A stretch of 64,000 nt of DNA from Octopus bimaculoides (taxonomy: Eukaryota): contig NC_068981.1 of NCBI RefSeq assembly GCF_001194135.2, positions 38,140,263 through 38,204,262 on the forward strand, written 5' to 3'. This document shows, in pieces, positions 23,290 through 35,550 of the stretch; positions within the stretch are counted from its first letter, which is position 1; every line of letters begins with the position of its first letter. Below the pieces are notes generated by a model that saw nothing but the letters and a program-made list of their open reading frames with translations, was not told the origin of the DNA and made no database searches. A program made the translations under genes and the position numbers.

Positions 23290-23510
23290 TTTTCTTGTCT
23301 TGCAAGTTGCTTGACAATTTCACCAGTTCTGGTGGCACAAAAAAAGTGCACTCAATACACTCTGTAAAGTGGAAGGGTATCCAGGCATGGAAACCATGCC
23401 AAAGCAGGCAGGGGAGCTCAACATGGCCCTTTGTTGGATTCAGTCCAATACATCCTACTATGGAAAATAAACATTAAAATGATGATGAGTTGGATGATAA
23501 TGATGATATA
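23290..23510 (+). mobile_element. RTE-type 3' end, (GAT)n-tailed
   Basis: 'ttgtcttgcaagt..tt...cacca...gcactcaatacactctgtaaagtgg..gggtatccag...atggaaaataaacattaaaatgatgatg'; reverse-complement counterpart of part of 2812-3150. Confidence 0.7.
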
Positions 23511-23879
23511 ATACACACATATATATGTATACATATGTAGCTTGAACTAAAATACAGTCAACAACCATTGACTTTGCATATGTCTATATAAATATGTATG
23601 TCTGTGTGCATGTATGTATGTGTGTGTGTATGTGTACATGCATGCACGCATGTGTGTGTATGTGTGTGCACATGAGAGTGTATGTGTGTGCAAATGTGAG
23701 TGTGTTTGTGTGAGACATTGTATTGACATTGTAAACTGACTGTAAATAAAAGGTTTTGTGCCCAACAAGAAAATAATGCTGGCATGAAGTCTTCCAGACT
23801 AGAGGAAATATGACCATGTGAGGATAGATATGTATAAGTGTCTTTTTACATTGGTATCACATGTCATTTGTTAGAAAAA

Positions 23880-24060
23880 ATTTTGCGTATAAGCAGTGAC
23901 TCTAGTTTCCATTCTTCAATGAAAACATGTCTAAACAAAAGGGAAATATAAACCTGCTTAAAAACAAGTGAGTGTTGATGACAGGAAGAGTATCCAGCTA
24001 TAGAAAACTCAGCTCTAATGTGTCCTGCCTGACCCATACAAGCATGGAAGTGCTGAAACA
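23880..24060 (+). mobile_element. RTE-type 3' end (variant subfamily)
   Basis: 'gacaggaagagtatccagctatagaaaact...gacccatacaagcatggaag'. Confidence 0.6.
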
Positions 24061-24362
24061 AAAACAAAGATTAATGGTGTTAATAGCACATCAGAAAAGA
24101 GTTTGGAGTACCAGATAACAAACAGAGGCTAAACACCTTGAAATACTCCATACTCAGAAAAAAAAAAAACNNNNNNNNNNTCAGAAAAAAAAAAAAACCC
24201 TAATATTTTCTCATTAGTTCTAATAACAACTTAGCTTTAATGTTTATGTATATTTTGAAACTTCTCCACCACAATTTTTAAGATTTAATTATCGCATTCT
24301 TTCTAATACCATTCAGTATCTAAATGTAAATATAAAACCAATGCCTACATTACAATCCAGCA

Positions 24363-24510
24363 AACGCAGGTGGCTCTGTGAAAGGGTATTTGGTTCATAA
24401 TAAGTTTGTGGGTTAGATTGCTGGACCAAGTAGCATGTTGTGTTATTGAGCAAGGTATTTCACTTCATATTCTTTCAGTCTTTGCAATTGAAAATGGGTA
24501 CCAGCTGAAT
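24363..24510 (+). mobile_element. SINE family 2, degenerate
   Basis: 'tgttgtgttattgagcaaggtatttcacttc...aaatgggtaccagctg'. Confidence 0.55.
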
Positions 24511-26867
24511 GTCTATCTCATCTCATGACTACATAGATGCCTAAAGCACTTAACAAGAACATCGTACATGCTATCAGATCATATTCATTAGTTAGTGATG
24601 CCTATAGTGTTTTATATTTAATCAAATGCAGATGCAGGCTCGCCTTCCCAATGATTTATAGCAGGATTAAACCTTTTACCTAAGGACTAGAAGCTCAGTA
24701 ATCTAACCACAGAGCTTCATTTAATCCCTTATCATCTATAATCAATTTAATTTTGATTCTAAAAATTATTTTGTAAGGTTTCAATTTCAATTGCATTCTC
24801 ATGAAATTTAAACAACGCTCTTCTGCTAATTTTAAACAGATGAAATGCAAATAATATGAGATATAGTTTTATATTCACCTCATATGACTTCAAGTTAGCT
24901 GCCACATTCAAATACACTCAAAACAGTTAACATTTAAAATCTGGAATACGGGTCTCATTCTAAGATCAAATTTCCATCTTTTTTAGTATCAAAATGTTAC
25001 TTTCAACTTGTTTTTTGTTTTTTCTTTTCTTGTGAATGAAATGCAACAGTGAAAAAATTATTTTTCTTCTTTAATAATCCAGCAAAGTAATAAAGATGCT
25101 ATGAATATTCAGAACAGGATTTTGTTTTTCTATGTTATTTACGCTACATTTTTTTTTTTTTCTAAATTATTCTTCAAAATTTCCTGAGAAACCTAAAATC
25201 CTTGCAATCTAAAAAGAAAATCTAATCAATATCTGAAATGTGTTAAACTGCATTGCCATAAATTACTCTTTCAGCTTCCTTCTCTGTGTCTTTTTTACCT
25301 TTCTTCCTTCACCATCTACATTGCTATCAAATTGTGTCTCTTTATTTTTCTTTCCCTCACTATTTCTTTTCTTGATTTCTTACTTGCAATTACTGCTTTT
25401 ACAGTGGTCAGACTAACTAGACAGCTGGCACTTTACCAATATCATCCAAAACCATAGCAATTCATCTCAATGGAACCTACCTAATGACTTGGAGAGCTTA
25501 AATTTCCTGCAAATCTATTCACAGTATGGCATCTAGCTGACTACATATGCATTAATAGAGTCAGCTTCCTTCATGATTTCCATGAAATTCTGATGCTATC
25601 AAGCTTCCCACTTTCTACTAACTTGCAAGATTTCATTGTTCCGAGATCGAAATATCTTCAGTACTTAGGAGAGAGTCCTTAATTTAATGCAGTAGTTTGT
25701 TCAAATTTGACATAAGTAAAATGTTAGTGACAGAACATTTTATTTTCTCTAATTAACTCATAGAAATAATTTAGACAGTACTTAAATGCAAAAGTCTTCA
25801 TCCTGTAAATTGAACATTTCAACACTGAAAATAAAGCATTTGCCATACTAAACACACCAACCAGCTCCATTTTTCATTTGAGCTAGAAATAACAGCCTAA
25901 TCTTTCTTAAACTACATTCTATCACCTTATAGGAAGATAACATAGGACAATGTATTCTATGATACACAAAAAGGTAAAATTGCACAGCCAGAATGCCTTT
26001 GATCATTAATCTGCCTAATCATAGTTTACTTCGGAGTCAACAACTTCATTCTCAAAAATAATATTTCTTATTTTCTGAAGCACCAAATAAGTAAGCAATT
26101 ATTTAAAAAACATCAAGAAAGAAACTTTTAGATACTTACTATCAGTCAATTCACTATGTGTCTGCCCTTTAAATAAACTACAAGCAAAAAGAAAGAATGT
26201 AATTTTTAACATTGAAATAATCAAGTTTGTGTCTGTAGTTAATTTACTAAGCTGCAAATAAAAGTGAAATTGGACGAGGACCCAAAACTATTAAGTTCAT
26301 GTACAAACTCTCACCCTTTATTACTTAGCAACTCGGTATTATAGCTTATCAGAATTGCCTACCTTTGTCAGTAGGAGATAAGAAAAAGGAAATAATTAAT
26401 TTATACTGAATTGCTTTATCCCCAAGAGGTAGAGTTGAAAAGTAGAAAATAATGGGGTTGGATAGAAATATTGATTTTTCTTACTAGGCAAGATGCCAAA
26501 TTTTGAACCAAATGTTGTATAATTTTACTTGACATTTTTAGATAATATGATAATAATTTGATGGGGCTATTAACACCATTATCCTGGTAGATAGGCTGCT
26601 TTTATCCTTAATCAAGAAATCAAAGTCCCAAGTTCAAATCCAACCTGGTATTATGTAAATATACAGGAAAAAGGTACCTGATGGTATTTGGGAATTAAAG
26701 ACATAATTTAGTATAACTAAGCAATTTTTATTATTATTGTTATTATTTATTATTACATTTGATTGTCATAGTGCTTTTTTTAATTCTCTCCTTGACATAT
26801 GATCTATTCATGTATTACTAGAAAAAACGTGAACTGGAAATAATAATAATAATGATAATAACAATAA

Positions 26868-27045
26868 TCTTTCCTACTCTAGGCACAAGGCCCGAAATTC
26901 CTGGAAATGGGGCCAGTTGATTAGATCGACCGCAGTACGCAACTGGTACTTAATCTATCGACTCTGAAAGAATGAAAGGCAAAGTCGATTTCAGTGGAGT
27001 TTGAAGTCAGAATGTAAAGATAGACGTTTCTGCCAGCTCGCCACC
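26868..27045 (-). mobile_element. tRNA-headed SINE family 3 with a deletion in the head
   Basis: Matches 62964-63173 but lacks the ~35-bp 'aaataccgctaagc...gtgctaacg' stretch; 3' end is 'ggccttgtgcctagagtaggaaag'. Confidence 0.88.
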
Positions 27046-28399
27046 TTAATAATAATAACAATAATACAACAAAAAGGGAGAGAGTCTTCTGCTATCTTTC
27101 ACAGTTTGTTGGCTGCTGCTCTTCAGAGAAGATATACCACTCTTCCTTCCCCAAACTGAGCATATATGAATTATCTTACTTGCTTGTTGTTTTGAAATTT
27201 TAAACTTCTCTAAAAGGAGTTTTGTCTACAAACCACATGGTGTATTATCTCATTATCTGAAGTTTTTCAGCTCATTATATTACATCAGTGAGGCCATATC
27301 ATTTTTATGTTTATTTCTAATTCACTGAGTTTCAATTTCAGCACAGTTTTGAACTTCTTTAACAAAGATAGCAAAGAGCTTCAAATTCAAACAGTTAAGA
27401 ATCTCTTCTTTCTCCTTTTTTTTTTTTTAAATAAAAACATATCATTTTCTTATTTTCTTTCCTCACACGTATGCATACACAAGTTTCTCTTCTGTATCTT
27501 TTAGTCTTCATTCATGTCACATTATTCAGAAATATCATATCCAATTTGTCGTCAATGTCTCTTTGAATGGCACTAGGCCTGTCATGAATATTCATTTGAT
27601 AAAATGATACTTTAACGATTGGTAAATCTGTACGATAGGTTTACAGAATTTTAGCTTGGCATGCTGTGTCATCAGTCTCATTCCAATAGCAAGGATATTT
27701 CTTTTGCCATTCAAAAACAAATTTTTATTCTTTCATATCACTTTCAATTTTACTTTTATGGTGACAAAATGTAAATAAATGTTGAACTATAACATAAGCA
27801 GGATGGGTTCGAAACTTTGTTACTATTACATATATACTCTTACATTCAGCCTAATGCTCAGTTTTAGTCTACTTCATTAGAGGATAGTCCAGTAGGCTCC
27901 ATTAAAAAAAAAAGCCCATTAGATGACTTGTTTTCAATCTGAGTTGAAGCCAATTTAGATCATTTATACTTCCAATGCTCTTGAGGAAAACTAACATTTT
28001 ACAACCTCATTCTTCTTTTCTATGAACTTGACTTTGGGACTAAGTAAGAAGTCATTATTTCCAATGACTGACATCAATGTCATTCATTTTGTTAACACTT
28101 CCATAATTTTTCTTTTAAATGAATAGAAAGCCATGTGTATATTTGAAATCTATAGGGAAGCATAATTTATTACTATATATTTAAAAGTGAACTAACAAAT
28201 GGATTTATGTGTTCAACTGTAAAGATAAAAATGTTAGGGAATAATAAGGTCTCTCAAAAATTTCGTGAGGGAACTGAATATTATTGTCAAAATATTACTA
28301 CTTTTATGATGTGATAAAAGAGCAAATATATACTCAAGCCAATACATTTGAGGATAAGTATTTGCTATACACATATACAAACGCATGCACATATCCATT

Positions 28400-28545
28400 T
28401 GTGTGTGTGTGTATACACTACATGTATTTATGCAATATATGTGTGTATGCATATATGTCTATATATGTGTGTGTGTATACACTACATGTATTTATGCAAT
28501 ATATGTGTGTATGCATATATGTTTATGTATGTGTGTGTGTGTGTA
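28400..28545. repeat. 64-bp tandem duplication inside TA/TG microsatellite
   Basis: 'tatacactacatgtatttatgcaatatatgtgtgtatgcatatatgt' at 28412 and 28476. Confidence 0.9.
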
Positions 28546-28956
28546 TGTATCCATACATATAATGTATATATGTATTAGTATATGCATATGCATGTGTTTT
28601 ATTATCATTGACACACTTTACACTGTGGGGCATTCCCTTCATCAACTGTCGACCACAGAACACAAAGGTTTTGGCAACTGATGACAGTATCACTCCCTCC
28701 AGCAATGCCAAACAGCATTGATCCCACCAATCCTTTAGGCCCGCATCATATTATATTTTCTTCTTTCTATTCTGCTATCCATGCATTCACAACACCAAAT
28801 CAGGAACAGCTGTAAGCCTACTGACCCCCCCTCATTAATGCATCAGCTATTTTGTTTGATCACTATACAAATGCATGAATACACACTCACATAGATGTAT
28901 GTAAATACATGTATTCCTGTCTGCATATATGTGTACATACATGCATACACACACGT

Positions 28957-29003
<47 letters not shown>

Positions 29004-30089
29004 GTCATACATACACATCCATCCATCCATCCATCCATACATACATACATATGTATATAATCTTTGTTCTGCATTTCCTTTGCCTGACAGCATTGGTTGG
29101 ATGGGTTGTCATGGTTAAAGCCAACACATACTTGGTGGGTATTGTTCACCTAGAAAGGTTCGGGGATCTAATTTTCGTTGCATTTTGCTTTTTGGCTTAG
29201 TCTCAACTTTCAATGTCAACACTAGAGATGTCAAGTCCTTAACATGACTAAATCATCCTCAAAATCCAATACTGGGAGCCCTTTATCATGATTCATGACA
29301 CCAACACGAAGGTGGTGGCTATGCTCTCAGCATGGCTAAGGAGATCTCACAATCCCTTGTATCTGTTGATACTTTAGAATAGTTAGAGAGAGAGAAACAT
29401 GAGTGATGATAACAGGAATGATAATAATGAAAGGTTTGTATGAATTCATGATGAATGATAGAACTCAGTGTTCTGAGATAGGTGCATATATTCAAGTCAA
29501 CATGACTGAGACAGCTACCAGGGAGGTAACTGGTTGTATGAGAAGGGTAAGTGATGGTAGAGTGAACCATGCACAAATGGTCTAATGTAGCCACCTACAA
29601 ATTCATAAGTCATGAGGTTTACTGAAGGAGGTGATATATAGGTGTACATACATACACACAAACACACACACACACACATATATGTTTTTTGTTAGTATTT
29701 CAAAATAGCATTCTGTATATTTTCTGCACTTTTTATGAATGTGTATATGTGTATAGGTATAAGTTCATTTATGGGAAACATCTTTGAGTACACATATAAA
29801 AGCTCTTCCTTTATATGATACCCATCTCTCTGTGCTATATTTTCCCATGCTCTTTCTTCTAATAGAGTCCACTCTGCCACTCTTCTATCAACAACTTTCC
29901 CACTGTTATAAATCTGTTCCTTTCATCATATTATACGTTCCTTCATCACCTCACTAAGAATCACATATCCTCCTCTCTTTCCTCTCCTATTTTACTAATA
30001 GAGACCATTTTAGGTTCTTAATCATGCAAGTTGTAAAGCAACCTCACTAGTGTTGGCTTCACAGAAAATCCAGCCAGTTTCCTCAGTAA

Positions 30090-30245
30090 AATAGTTGGCA
30101 TCAGAAAAGCTTCCAGCCATAGAAAATATGCCATTATAGTAAAGCATAGTCTTCCAACTCATCAGAACTTATCGAATTGTCCAGCCCATAGCAGCATGAA
30201 AAACGAACATTAAATGATGATGGTTATTAACATGATGATTATGAT
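30090..30245 (+). mobile_element. RTE-type 3' end, (GAT)n-tailed, degenerate
   Basis: 'gttggcatcagaaaagcttccagccatagaaa...gtccagcccatagcagcatgaaaaacgaacattaaatgatgatg'. Confidence 0.7.
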
Positions 30246-31439
30246 AGAAAGACACAGACACACACGTGCACGTGCACATACACACACACACACATACACA
30301 TACATATGTATGTGTATGTGTGTGGGTATATATATATATATATATATANNNNNNNNNNATATATAAATGTGTTTGTGTATGTATGTATACATAAATATGT
30401 ATGGGTGCAGATGGGTGTGTGTGTGTGTGTGCATATATGTTCAACTGTGTATGTATAGCTTGTCAACATGCGTGAAGATTGTAAAATGGAAGTTCATGCT
30501 ATGAAATCCTTTATGTTGTTGTTACTGCAGTAGTAGTAAAAGTGTTGTTGTTGTTGCTGTTCTTGTAAGATAACGAAAAAGAATAAGTGGATGGTTGCCA
30601 TAAATATATCTAAGCAATGAGATGAGGAGAAAATATGGACTACAAAGAGAAGCAAATAAGATGAAACAAGACAAAAAATTACAATGGGGAAGGAGAGTTT
30701 AGAATTGAATGAAATAAGGACAGCAAGATGGAGAGAAACTGAGAAGGGCAGAAAATGAGGGAAGAATAAGGAAGATAGAGTTGAACAGAGTAATAGGGGA
30801 GAGGGCAGAGAGAAAGTATGAGTTAAGTAAGGGAGAGCTGAAATGTTTCTGAGAAAGAAAAAGAGAGAGAGGGGGGGATAGGAAAAGAGAGAATTTAGAA
30901 GATCAGAGAGAAGTAAATATGAAAATTGGAGAGAGCATAAATGAAGCAGTTGTAAAAGAAAACTGATTCTCTTGAATTCTATGAGAGTGACACTTGTCAA
31001 AAGTAGTTTGAAAAATAGAATATTACAAAAAGGATTAAGAAGGCAGATAATAAATCAATAAATAAGTAAATAAAAGGTGCAAGTGGCTTTCTTTGTTTGA
31101 TGTATGCTTGGCATTTTACTGCCGCTAGACAAACAGGCATACTGACAGGCAGATATGTACGTAGGAAGATAGGTAGATGCAAGAAAAGGGGGTTGTTGAA
31201 ATGAAAAGAAAGACAATATACAGTGTGTCTGAAAGCCAAGATTCAGTTATTGACTGGACGCAATGTAGATAATATTTTTTGTTTACTTGTATTCTCCAAT
31301 TCCTGCTATTTTTATGTGTTTCAGAAATTCTTTTATACTCTCATTTGAAGATAATTTATAACTTACTTTTCTTCATACTTACTTGAAATTGAGTAGACAA
31401 TATGGCAACCTAACTGTGTGTGTGTATATACAAACTCAC

Positions 31440-31488
<49 letters not shown>

Positions 31489-31494
31489 CATTCA

Positions 31495-31533
<39 letters not shown>

Positions 31534-31559
31534 TTATATATATATTTACGTATGTATAT

Positions 31560-31730
31560 CATCTTCATCATGTTAATGTCCATTTGCTTTGCTTGCATTG
31601 TTTCGATGGAGTTTTACTGCGGCAGATTGTCTACTACTGGATGCCCTTCCTAACACTAAATCTCATCTGTTTCCAAGCAACATAAAATTTCCCTATGACC
31701 AGACACCTTTTTATTTTACAGAATATTCTT
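31560..31730 (-). mobile_element. RTE-type 3' end (variant subfamily)
   Basis: 'catcttcatcatgttaatgtccattt...ctactactggatgcccttcctaacact'. Confidence 0.65.
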
Positions 31731-31770
31731 AATCACACAGTCCTGCTTGCACCTGTATGTGTATGTATGC

Positions 31771-31820
<50 letters not shown>

Positions 31821-32082
31821 GTCCAGTCCTTACGCCAGTCTTGAAAGAAAAGAAAGATGATCACATGAGGAATAGAAAGATGGACGATGGTCACGTGTGA
31901 GCAATGAGAGAGAGAAACGAAGAAGAGGGAGAGGGACAGAGACAGATAGAAAATAGTGAAGGGGAGAAAAAAGGGAATTAGAGAAGGAATGAGACAGTAA
32001 ACGATAGGGGAGAAAACAGTATAGAGTAGAGTTGCATCAAAAAAGATTAAGATAAACTTACTTGGAAATGGATGCTATGGTG

Positions 32083-32370
32083 GTTTAACGACCCTCCATG
32101 TTTGTCTGCATTTGGTTTCCTTGTATGTCTCTACTGTCCTGTTTTTGTTCCCAACTTTGACTCTCCATAAATCGCAAATTTTATTTTGATACTTATGGGA
32201 GAAACTGTCTTTGAAGACTCATACTGTTGTTCAGTACTCGAATTGAGGTGTAGATAGACAGCTGGCAACTGATGAAGTGTCGTTCTTTATGTTACTTGTC
32301 CTCTTTTCCTTTTGTTTCTCTCATTGTTTGCATATTGAACTCATTTGTTTTCGTATTTAATGTTGTTTAC
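32083..32370 (+). repeat. Unclassified interspersed repeat (copy 2; homologous to 20730-21010)
   Basis: See copy 1. Confidence 0.85.
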
Positions 32371-32937
32371 TGTTGGTGATATCCTATACCCATATATGCA
32401 ATAATATATATATATATCTGTAAAAATACGTGACACTTATTCGGTAGCCATGATAAAACTTGCCTATATTCATATACTAAAAACACCCTTGCTTTAAACA
32501 CACACATGCTCACCCACATACTCACCAAAGACTATACATATATGTGCCTTAGCATATATATACAAACATACACATCCACACTCACACGCACACAACAACC
32601 CCGCACCCATATACATGCATGCAAAAAATTTTTTAAAAATTTTATAGGGCTAAAAGCAAGAAACAGTGTGTGAAGGCTATAAGGTTAAAGCGCGTCTAAA
32701 TTGCATATATTTTTGCATGTATATATTTTCGGACGCACATATACCTATATACGCACATACACGCACACACTCACAAGCGCACACATAGGGTTCCATGTTC
32801 GTGTCTATAGATGCACAGGAAAAAACAGGGTGGAGGGGAGAAAACAGAAAAATATGTGGAAAAAATACAAAACATTAACTCTATAATAATGTAAAAAATA
32901 TAACAAAATATATAAACAAATATAAAATCCAAGTAAA

Positions 32938-33125
32938 AAGTATAGAAGGGTAAAAAGCTTATACATAGACAATATAGAAAGCAAATTCTATCAGCACAGT
33001 CCTATCAGTAAGTCCTATCAGTAAAAATATTAAAAAAATATATAAGATATCTAAGTAAGAAGTATAGAGAGATAAAAAGCTTATATATAGACACAAAATA
33101 GAAAGTAAGTCCTTTCAGTAAACTC
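32938..33125. repeat. ~122-bp tandem duplication
   Basis: 'aagtatag....taaaaagcttata.atagaca..atagaaag' at ~32938 and ~33060, plus repeated 'agtcct(a/t)tcagtaa'. Confidence 0.8.
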
Positions 33126-33279
33126 AGGGGGACCAAAAACGTAGCAAATATTTGGCCACATGTGGACATGATCCAAAAAGTTCAGTCTTTGAATTTAGAC
33201 ATGTGGCAGGGTCTAAGCTGCCTTTCCAGATGAGCCATCTTTCCGTATCACATAGACCACACCTTCTGCTGTCACTGGA

Positions 33280-33331
33280 TGTTGTAACTGGCACCTTTGG
33301 TTTTTAAAAGATAAAAGTGCCAGTTACAACA
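33280..33331. repeat. Inverted repeat (19-bp arms, 14-nt loop)
   Basis: tgttgtaactggcaccttt (33280-33298) vs reverse complement of aaaagtgccagttacaaca (33313-33331): 18/19. Confidence 0.93.
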
Positions 33332-34544
33332 TTAGCAGATGTATGGATGTTATGATATTACCTGCATTATAGTAATGAGATTAAGATGAACATCAGTTTG
33401 TGGAAAAGTTTGGAGCCAGTATGTTAAAAATTAAGGTATCAGAAATTGATTTTAAAAAAAATATATAAAACAATTTATGAATACTTGATGAGAGAGGATA
33501 ATAGTGATAGTATTACATTAGCTAGGACTACAGAATAGCTGGAACTGAGTTAAGACTAGAAAATCATAAATCTTAAAGTATTTGGGTTAATGAGAAAATC
33601 ACAACAACAGAAAAAGCAATTTTATATATTGTTTCAGTCAACATCAGTATGATAAAGATATATAAAGGTGAAATATTCACTTTGAATGCATCTACCAATG
33701 GATGCATGCACATTAATTGAAGTTTCTCATATATCATAGAATCCAGTATTTTACTGAACTAACTTTTCAGGTTCTTCAATTGGGGTAGCTCACAAATGTG
33801 CCAATTTATTCCGCAAAGGTGATAGAAGTAGATATCATTCTGAGAATATCCTTGATTTAAATTTAGATATAAAATGATTATTTCTTTTTTCATATTGTTT
33901 ACCAGTGTGGCAAAATAACATGTAACATTTCTACATTTAATTTCATTTGAGTTTTACTTTGTTGTTCAGCATTATTTCAATGTTAGTGTTTCTTTTTTAC
34001 ATACAAAGTTGGAAAACTTAGTTACATCGTTCGTTGTGTGGAATTGAAATAAGTAGTTGCATTGGGGAAACTGGCAATCACAATGAATGTCTGATATATT
34101 TAGTACAGAAACATCAATTTTACATTCGAACAACTATTCCTAGTATATCTGGTGTACTGAAAGAAAAGAATTATCTCATAGAAAGGAATGTTGTTGCTTT
34201 AATTTGCTGCTGTTCCTACATTGAAGAATTTCTTCTAATTCACTTGAATATTAATCTATTTAGTCTATTGGATGGGAGTTTGAGTAACTTATTAATGCAT
34301 ACACTGTTTTACTTTCTTGCTTGTCCCATGCCTTTTTTTAATTAAGGAGCATTACCATTTTGATATCGTTTATAAATTTAGTAGTCACTTGAATGTGAGA
34401 ATGATTGGGGAACATGTAATATGCTTTAACTAATTGTTTCAGATACCTAATTAGTTGGAAATAGATATAGAACTCTCTTGGTTTTCTGACTCTGAACCTG
34501 GTGAAATATCTGAGATGTGACATCTGGTGGAGAAGAAAGGACAG

Positions 34545-34705
34545 CATGAGTTGTTGGGTGATACACATTTTCAGTTGAGTAAACAAGAGTAATGTGAAAT
34601 GAAGTGCTTTGTTCATAGATACAACACACTGCCTGACACAGAAATTGAACCCATGACTTATAATCATGAGCTCAGTATTTTACCCATTAGGTCACTTGAC
34701 TTCAC
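34545..34705 (-). mobile_element. SINE family 2, degenerate 5' part
   Basis: 'gaagtgctttgttcatagatacaacacactgcc...aattgaacccatgact...' is colinear with 20440-20560. Confidence 0.6.
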
Positions 34706-35074
34706 TCAACTACAAAGAGCTTAATAATATGAGACATTGGTTTTTTTGTTTGCAAAGACATTATTTATTAAATATCTTGGTTTTTGTATTACAAGAGTAG
34801 GATAAGCTGTGTTTTAGCAAATCATATGAATGTGGTCAACAGGATGTACACTAAATTGCATTTCTACTCTGATAATTTTACTCATTATTTCATACTTCCG
34901 TATGTTTTATAGTTTTTGTCTTGTTTAAGCCATCACAGCTAAATCCTTGCTAGAGTACCAATTTGTGTTTTTCCTCTTGCATTATTTAATTGTAGACTGT
35001 GTTAGGTCAATGAGAAGCAGAAACACTATGATGCAGGTCTAGATGACTTCTGGTATTTACTTTTGAAAAAGGAG

Positions 35075-35245
35075 CTGTGGATTGGCAGTGTTATTTAGTT
35101 GCATCACTATGGTCTGAGTTCAAATCCTGCTAATGCCAATTTTACATTTCTAAAGTTGATAAAATAGAATACAAGTTATGTATTGGGATCAACTGAATCA
35201 ACTACACTCTCCCCCAAGTTTTCAACCCTATGCTGTTGCCATTAT
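35075..35245 (+). mobile_element. SINE family 3, highly degenerate
   Basis: 'ctgagttcaaatcctgc...gttgataaaat...tattgggatcaa'. Confidence 0.55.
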
Positions 35246-35404
35246 TTAATCATAGGAGAAAAGGTGATGTCTGTGACCTTGGCAATACTTCCCAGGTCAG
35301 TGAGCTGGTAGTTGTTATTTTACCTCAAGTCTGCCCTGATATAGCAGAGCTATGATCATAAGTATTTCAACTTTGACCAACTAGGACTATAATTATCCAG
35401 TGAG

Positions 35405-35550
35405 GAAGGTGTATGACCTAGGTGTTTAGCTCATGGTCTTAATGTCATATATTCAGTCTCTTGATCATTGTGTTCTTGATCATTGTGTTCTCGAGCAAGA
35501 TACTTCATTTTAAATTGCTCCAGTCCATTCAACTGTAAATGATTACTAGC
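35405..35550 (+). mobile_element. SINE family 2, degenerate, with 15-bp internal duplication
   Basis: 'cttgatcattgtgttcttgatcattgtgttctcgagcaagatacttc...ctgtaaatg'. Confidence 0.5.

Noticed and set aside
25440-25680. Possible RT remnant (..QYLG..)
   Set aside because: A single short motif without supporting upstream motifs.
26340-26352. TAGCTTATCAGA, identical to the start of vertebrate miR-21
   Set aside because: Only 12 nt match, there is no hairpin, and it is the wrong lineage; treated as chance.
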